Position numbers and translations under genes: made by a program
Virus record (IMG/VR): IMGVR_UViG_3300029705_000009
Strand: one strand, 5' to 3'
From: a virus
Taxonomy: Duplodnaviria > Caudoviricetes
DNA: 64,000 nucleotides
Part shown: positions 61,301 to 64,000 of the stretch, one piece after another
Layout: each line of letters opens with the position of its first letter
Position numbering within the stretch: position 1 is the stretch's first letter
Notes under the pieces: generated by a model
Seen by the model: the letters and a program-made list of their open reading frames with translations, nothing else
What the model was told of the DNA's origin: nothing
Database searches by the model: none

Positions 61301-64000
61301 AACCAAACAAAATAGTCAAGCTAAAAAATCTAATGCGGAACGTGAACGTGGAAAAGATTTTGGTGACGGTGCAAAGTATATTAATAGTGACATTTCAGTT
61401 GCCAGAAAGCAATTAGCCAGAAAAAATCTTGGTGATGATACAAGAAATAAATGGCAATCTATATTTGATTCTGCTACTGCCGAAGCTGAAAAACGTGGAT
61501 ATCAGAAGAATGCACAAGGTTTCTACGAGGATCAAAAAAAGAAACAAGAAGTTGCAAAAAAAACAACGAAAGTCGTTGAACAAGAATCAAAGAAGCAAGA
61601 AATAGCTAAAGATGCCAGTGCTGAAGCGATTAAAGGTGCATTAACACAAGCAGAACAACTTCTTACTTTTTATAAGTCAAAAGATACTTTAAACGAAAAA
61701 GAATTAGCAGATGTTTCACAGTTAGAGGAATTTATTCGTGTAAACAAGGCGGGTTTGGCAGAAATTGAAACTGAAACCAAAGAATCCTCTTCTACCACTG
61801 TTCAATCTGAAGAAAAGAAACAGGAAGCTATTAAAGAAACTCGTAAGGAAATTGATTACGAGAAAGCTAGTGTTGAAGAATTAATTAATGCATATAAGAA
61901 ATCTGAAAAAGCATTAAAAACTTCTAAAAGGCAAGAAACTATTGATTATCATAATAATGTTCTTACTAACTCTGGTAAATCCTTGCAAGATAAAGGATAT
62001 TCTCTTGCAGATGGAAAATGGAAACAGACAAATAGTTTAGATAAACTTTTTAAAGATCCAAGCTTAATGTCTGAGCGTGAATTAGGTGTTGCTCTTGGTA
62101 GTTATTCTAATGAATGGATAAAGTTATATTTAGATGGAGTTAAAGCTTCCACTCCAGAGATGGAGCAAGCATTTAAAGTAATGGCTGAAATTCCAGAAGA
62201 AATTCTTAGAGAAGTTCTTGAAATTAATTCACCATCTAAAGTAATGGAAAAGCTTGGTTATTGGACAAATGCAGGTTTTGCAAAAGGTATAAGAGATAAT
62301 TCTGATGACATTAAAAACGCTTTAATTCAAGCATTTACTGATGCAAAAATCACTCAAGGTGAACTAGAAAAATGGTTAGGATTAGATGATACAAAATCTT
62401 TAATTGGCAAACAAGGTAATAATACCATTTATAAAGCAATTAAAGATATTGTTTCAAATAATTCATTGTCAAATTCTTATAAATCCGATAACATTATTGG
62501 TCTTTCTAAAGCAAAAGAAATGGTAAAATCATCTGGATTAAAAGTTAATGATGATGATTTAAAATCTTTAGGTAAAAAGGTTGGACGTCAATGGCAAATA
62601 GCTGAAGATGCCGTCAATGAATATATTATTAAGAAAAAAGAAGCTTTATCAAAAGAAAAAGAAGCACAAAATGAAGCAATTAAATATCTTGATAGGCAAA
62701 GTGATAAATACAAAGCAGTCATTGACTTAGCAGAAAAACTTGGACTTGTTCTTGGTAACAACGTCAATATTACTGAAAAGGTCAAGGATGGTATACCGTC
62801 TTATAGTTTAAAAGGAGAACTTGCCAGTGCAAATATTAGTCTTGGTGAAGACGGTTCTTGGAAAGTTTCTAGCGTTAAAGAAATTAATGATGGTTATTCC
62901 AAATTAAAAAAGACTTTAAGTGAGATTTCTAAGCTAAAAGGTTATAAGATTGATTTGCTCGATGAAAGCGATCCTGCTATGTTCGGAACATATGCGGATA
63001 AGGTTAAAGAAGCCAAAGACGCACTTGTCGCATTGAGACTTGTTGAAGAAAATGGGTACAATGGAGAGCCAATTGAGGATTTGGTTCAGAAACTTGAACT
63101 TGTAAAACGGGTAAGCTCTGAATTAAAAGGAAGTTTACAAGTTGGTGAATCTGAAAGCATTGGAAAGATAGATACTTCTAGATTAAATCAGGTTCGTCAG
63201 CAATTAGAAGCATTGGCTTTTTCTACTTCTAAAGGTTCCGTAGAAATTAAGAAGATGTCCAAAAATAACACAGAACTCACATATACTGTGAGAACTGCGG
63301 ATAATATGCTTCAGACTTATACTATTACAATGAATAAGTATACCGGAGCATTGACAAAAACTTTAGTTTCTGAGGAAAAACATTTATCAGGTTTCCAGAA
63401 AGCACTCAAAGGTATAGGTGCGAAATTCCAGGAAATTTTCAGATATACCATTGCAAGCGTAAGTATTTATGAAGTATTCAATTTTATAAAACAAGGTGTT
63501 AATGTGGTTAAAGAAATGGATGCTGCAATGACCGAACTTCGAAAAGTTTCTAATGACACAGAAGCAGCATTGCAATCCTTTAGAAAAGAAGCTTTTGAAA
63601 TTGCAAATACTATTGGTAGCACCGGTAAGGAAATTGTAAATTCCGCGGCAGATTGGGAACGTCTTGGTTATAGTATACATGAAGCTTCTGAATTAGCAAG
63701 AAACTCTGCGTTGTATGCAAATGTTGGTGACATGGAAATTGATGTTGCTACTGAGCATATGGTTTCAACTTTAAAGGCATTTAATATTGAAGCTAAAGAT
63801 TCAATTAGAATCGTTGATAAGTTTAATGAAATAGGTAACAGTTATGCAATCACATCGTCAGGAATTGGTGAGGCATTAGAACGAAGTGCTTCTTCCTTGG
63901 TTGCAGCAGGAAATGACATTGATAAATCAATTGCTTTGATTACGGCTGGTAATATAGTTTCTCAGGATCCTGAAAGCGTAGGTAATGCTATTAAGGTGCT
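55314..64000 (+). CDS. Giant tail tape-measure protein, incomplete at the window edge (>2,890 aa)
   Basis: ATG 55314 after AAGGAGG. The TP901-type TMP core (EMDAAMTELRKVS...ADWERLGYS...IVDKFNEIGNSYAITSSGIGEALERSAS) at ~63500-64000 is in the same frame. The ORF track shows no + strand fragments here, consistent with no internal stop. Confidence 0.88.
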   Translation, partial: MANYDVIKTYGIEITAVTDKATDQINQLEKELDELSKKKGLSAGLQSQIDKIGESLNGLKGEIVSSTKSINDNLSKINTDKMSQEFKDMQNSIASSVNELQEEMKNLKNSMDFLKTGDFSGFTSGIGKSFDTLSDNISDIVGKFSELSNFINDIRVGAIDTSGLQKSEKGVKTATSHITNDLTKTKTKVEELLRQMRDAMDDFTLDDLMSDGKNSGLGTEEARTLSENIDIILQLIDELKKAQVDVNDIFNKDGIKLSEKALKGYRTELNKIVKERTADAAKERKKSTNPTEVRFRYVIEDPNSSTIDSIVEKVKTDVIEKVQKRIDGSPIRIPIGYTYDKAGITSAKELDKIENQNVDKTIFEHIKLDVKADTSNLVDYVKDQVDEINKQLKDTKRQIEVEVVGKVNNDTVDESLNDLQEEILHRQYNGSGFTTISGANINIGGDNIATETTLSNIRDILLDWNHAKSSSSLSVETLSKEDENALFDYENALKIRKRSSVLLSQTEGQLDVVEYARAKIALLSKQKSDLTSINNNVKKGNIDALQGTDYYSAYYVKDDVKYAKYGSSGETLDKWQEKLNSEFEETHKKIVDATASLNDEFDGYLRGEKDWKELLIEDLKKQWAKDTTDSALEKAKLERADSVKLLMDRHNSNLKPGQERMTSDQAVLQLINSEYSERIKEIQDSNELTEKYESQITSIKRKALNQIIKDLTKGYHDAILLTQNMIKAQERNIALNSDGSEQNSSLRIGTKANRQGQANNPDEAINALNSELDQIDQEAISKHKAQQEITNDLKLQKNIMSEIVDLIEKQKTASLSDKEVINERLNALIQNLTLTKQELQAQENIEDVIKSITDLEEKRSTAIKNLESAKTKLEEDKKSGASTKVLNQSKNEIIKQNGIIAQLDLEIDNYTNQLDETIRNSFSENVDNLETFIKTKLSSIDKLILNSTNKENAIIGQAKRAKYDIASQYTLRDHSKSGYISRDNKISAISEEQSRLSKMVRYNRDGSYDTSAMTKLEEKRYFNNIKILKDLKLQQVVYEAIYGKRAEILGIEEKETETIKETSIALKNLPLSKKGADAYLNTPTIFTSDGTGEKLKGSIFENSNSRIPENLKGLSLESAEQIKNNLSLVISELTDYVGKEILKDSEKVEAKMRDAARKMVQKDIDILQRELTDNNEYIKQLKQNGADSGVIKSAQKRSNELSATINQLKYSEVDNTALKEEIQNLERIKKLQEEISNSGDQNKIMDLAEQRAKSEERIAYLQENFDKASSVRESRIQLYVDLQKKEFELVKSILEKKERELNIVNELVSLKQKEREESEKIRQEEEIALAEKEKRESLTEEEQKSNINKKYNSQIAEQEEVIQKEKEAISPLKQKSEELEYQLKLIKEQAALHYKDLIIREKTLNSLISNPKTSIDKKEDYKKELEKIPQLKEVAAKQTLPSNWNSLAKSTRTKYKSRYLADSEKYQSQFMSISKEYNDAKYNYGDNAEETLAIYNELVSVSEKLLDSSLKYIATGGEESKVAEKILSASKIKYEHDSSSIKTQKSRNDLLLQEHEIALKTAEANKSTLEVKKQEELDAIQTRKEEANLLKEKQQYINALEQEAKLKRKTGFYQGMSDEQYLAAYKVDAMLKLINDDQKVLNSLADNTSDEYIEIANRIEKAKSLLKEFRHEALQIDGLKLSEETGRTYYKKDTKIKGVSYSGLGSTTAKDMSEIRENAKAVTNSILEEHKAQTRVTSEVKETKKEYSELGHLRKFAGYSDEQVGLVEEIFKVNQQLQSNAKLSKEETEELKKQLKVLHEQAKLKDIKINRKGYARYLSGRNDFLDNPSKYDTNSLIHSYLHPQIQSDNIVDNINSNGSEQFALENTLQNIKKILQSGLKVKVVDKLDSYETPSDDASKIGYASRAKKVGATSEYGKNEKGSFNTKGYQEVAKELGLLQKSKNGNLFVSKKDRNKVYSEMDKRGIARYLEEDTNATKKNIEAKKESKKVVDKDTDATKQNSQAKKSNAERERGKDFGDGAKYINSDISVARKQLARKNLGDDTRNKWQSIFDSATAEAEKRGYQKNAQGFYEDQKKKQEVAKKTTKVVEQESKKQEIAKDASAEAIKGALTQAEQLLTFYKSKDTLNEKELADVSQLEEFIRVNKAGLAEIETETKESSSTTVQSEEKKQEAIKETRKEIDYEKASVEELINAYKKSEKALKTSKRQETIDYHNNVLTNSGKSLQDKGYSLADGKWKQTNSLDKLFKDPSLMSERELGVALGSYSNEWIKLYLDGVKASTPEMEQAFKVMAEIPEEILREVLEINSPSKVMEKLGYWTNAGFAKGIRDNSDDIKNALIQAFTDAKITQGELEKWLGLDDTKSLIGKQGNNTIYKAIKDIVSNNSLSNSYKSDNIIGLSKAKEMVKSSGLKVNDDDLKSLGKKVGRQWQIAEDAVNEYIIKKKEALSKEKEAQNEAIKYLDRQSDKYKAVIDLAEKLGLVLGNNVNITEKVKDGIPSYSLKGELASANISLGEDGSWKVSSVKEINDGYSKLKKTLSEISKLKGYKIDLLDESDPAMFGTYADKVKEAKDALVALRLVEENGYNGEPIEDLVQKLELVKRVSSELKGSLQVGESESIGKIDTSRLNQVRQQLEALAFSTSKGSVEIKKMSKNNTELTYTVRTADNMLQTYTITMNKYTGALTKTLVSEEKHLSGFQKALKGIGAKFQEIFRYTIASVSIYEVFNFIKQGVNVVKEMDAAMTELRKVSNDTEAALQSFRKEAFEIANTIGSTGKEIVNSAADWERLGYSIHEASELARNSALYANVGDMEIDVATEHMVSTLKAFNIEAKDSIRIVDKFNEIGNSYAITSSGIGEALERSASSLVAAGNDIDKSIALITAGNIVSQDPESVGNAIKV

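Noticed and set aside
6300-63680. Minus-strand ORFs in the ORF track (e.g. 45219..45926, 42097..42474 and those within the tape measure)
   Set aside because: They overlap real + strand genes and lack an RBS or promoter. The only credible minus-strand gene here is 35743..35886.
4230-64000. Stop-codon reassignment
   Set aside because: Long conserved genes are intact under code 11, all three stop codons terminate genes, and no suppressor tRNA is present.

Overview
This window is a 64-kb piece of a large, AT-rich tailed dsDNA phage (Caudoviricetes, siphovirus-type) of a Firmicute host. The Shine-Dalgarno sequences and sigma-A promoters point to a Clostridia-like host (inference). Gene order resembles Bacillus phage SPbeta. 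(i) 1-3000: a minus-strand, higher-GC operon of small, probably early genes with structured intergenic RNAs, including a hammerhead ribozyme. (ii) 3000-5500: a divergent control region with DnaA boxes, iteron-like repeats and an SF2-helicase-like gene (candidate origin plus initiator). (iii) 5.6-23 kb: about 55 small accessory ORFs. A dozen or more are joined by a near-identical junction motif (AAAA-N5/6-TTTTAAGAGGT), like a gene-cassette array. (iv) IscS-type cysteine desulfurase, a YonO-type single-subunit RNA polymerase, HU, nine tRNA genes and a ~1-kb block of structured non-coding sequence. (v) Homing-type endonucleases, a beta-CASP RNase, ClpP, YonK/YonJ-like genes and an antisense type I toxin-like gene. 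(vi) Head and tail morphogenesis genes, ending in a giant tape-measure ORF (>2,890 codons) that runs off the window and is absent from the ORF track. The octamer CTCT(T/C)CTA is strongly over-represented on the + strand. No CRISPR array, integrase or rRNA was seen. All family assignments come from motif recognition and synteny, not database searches.
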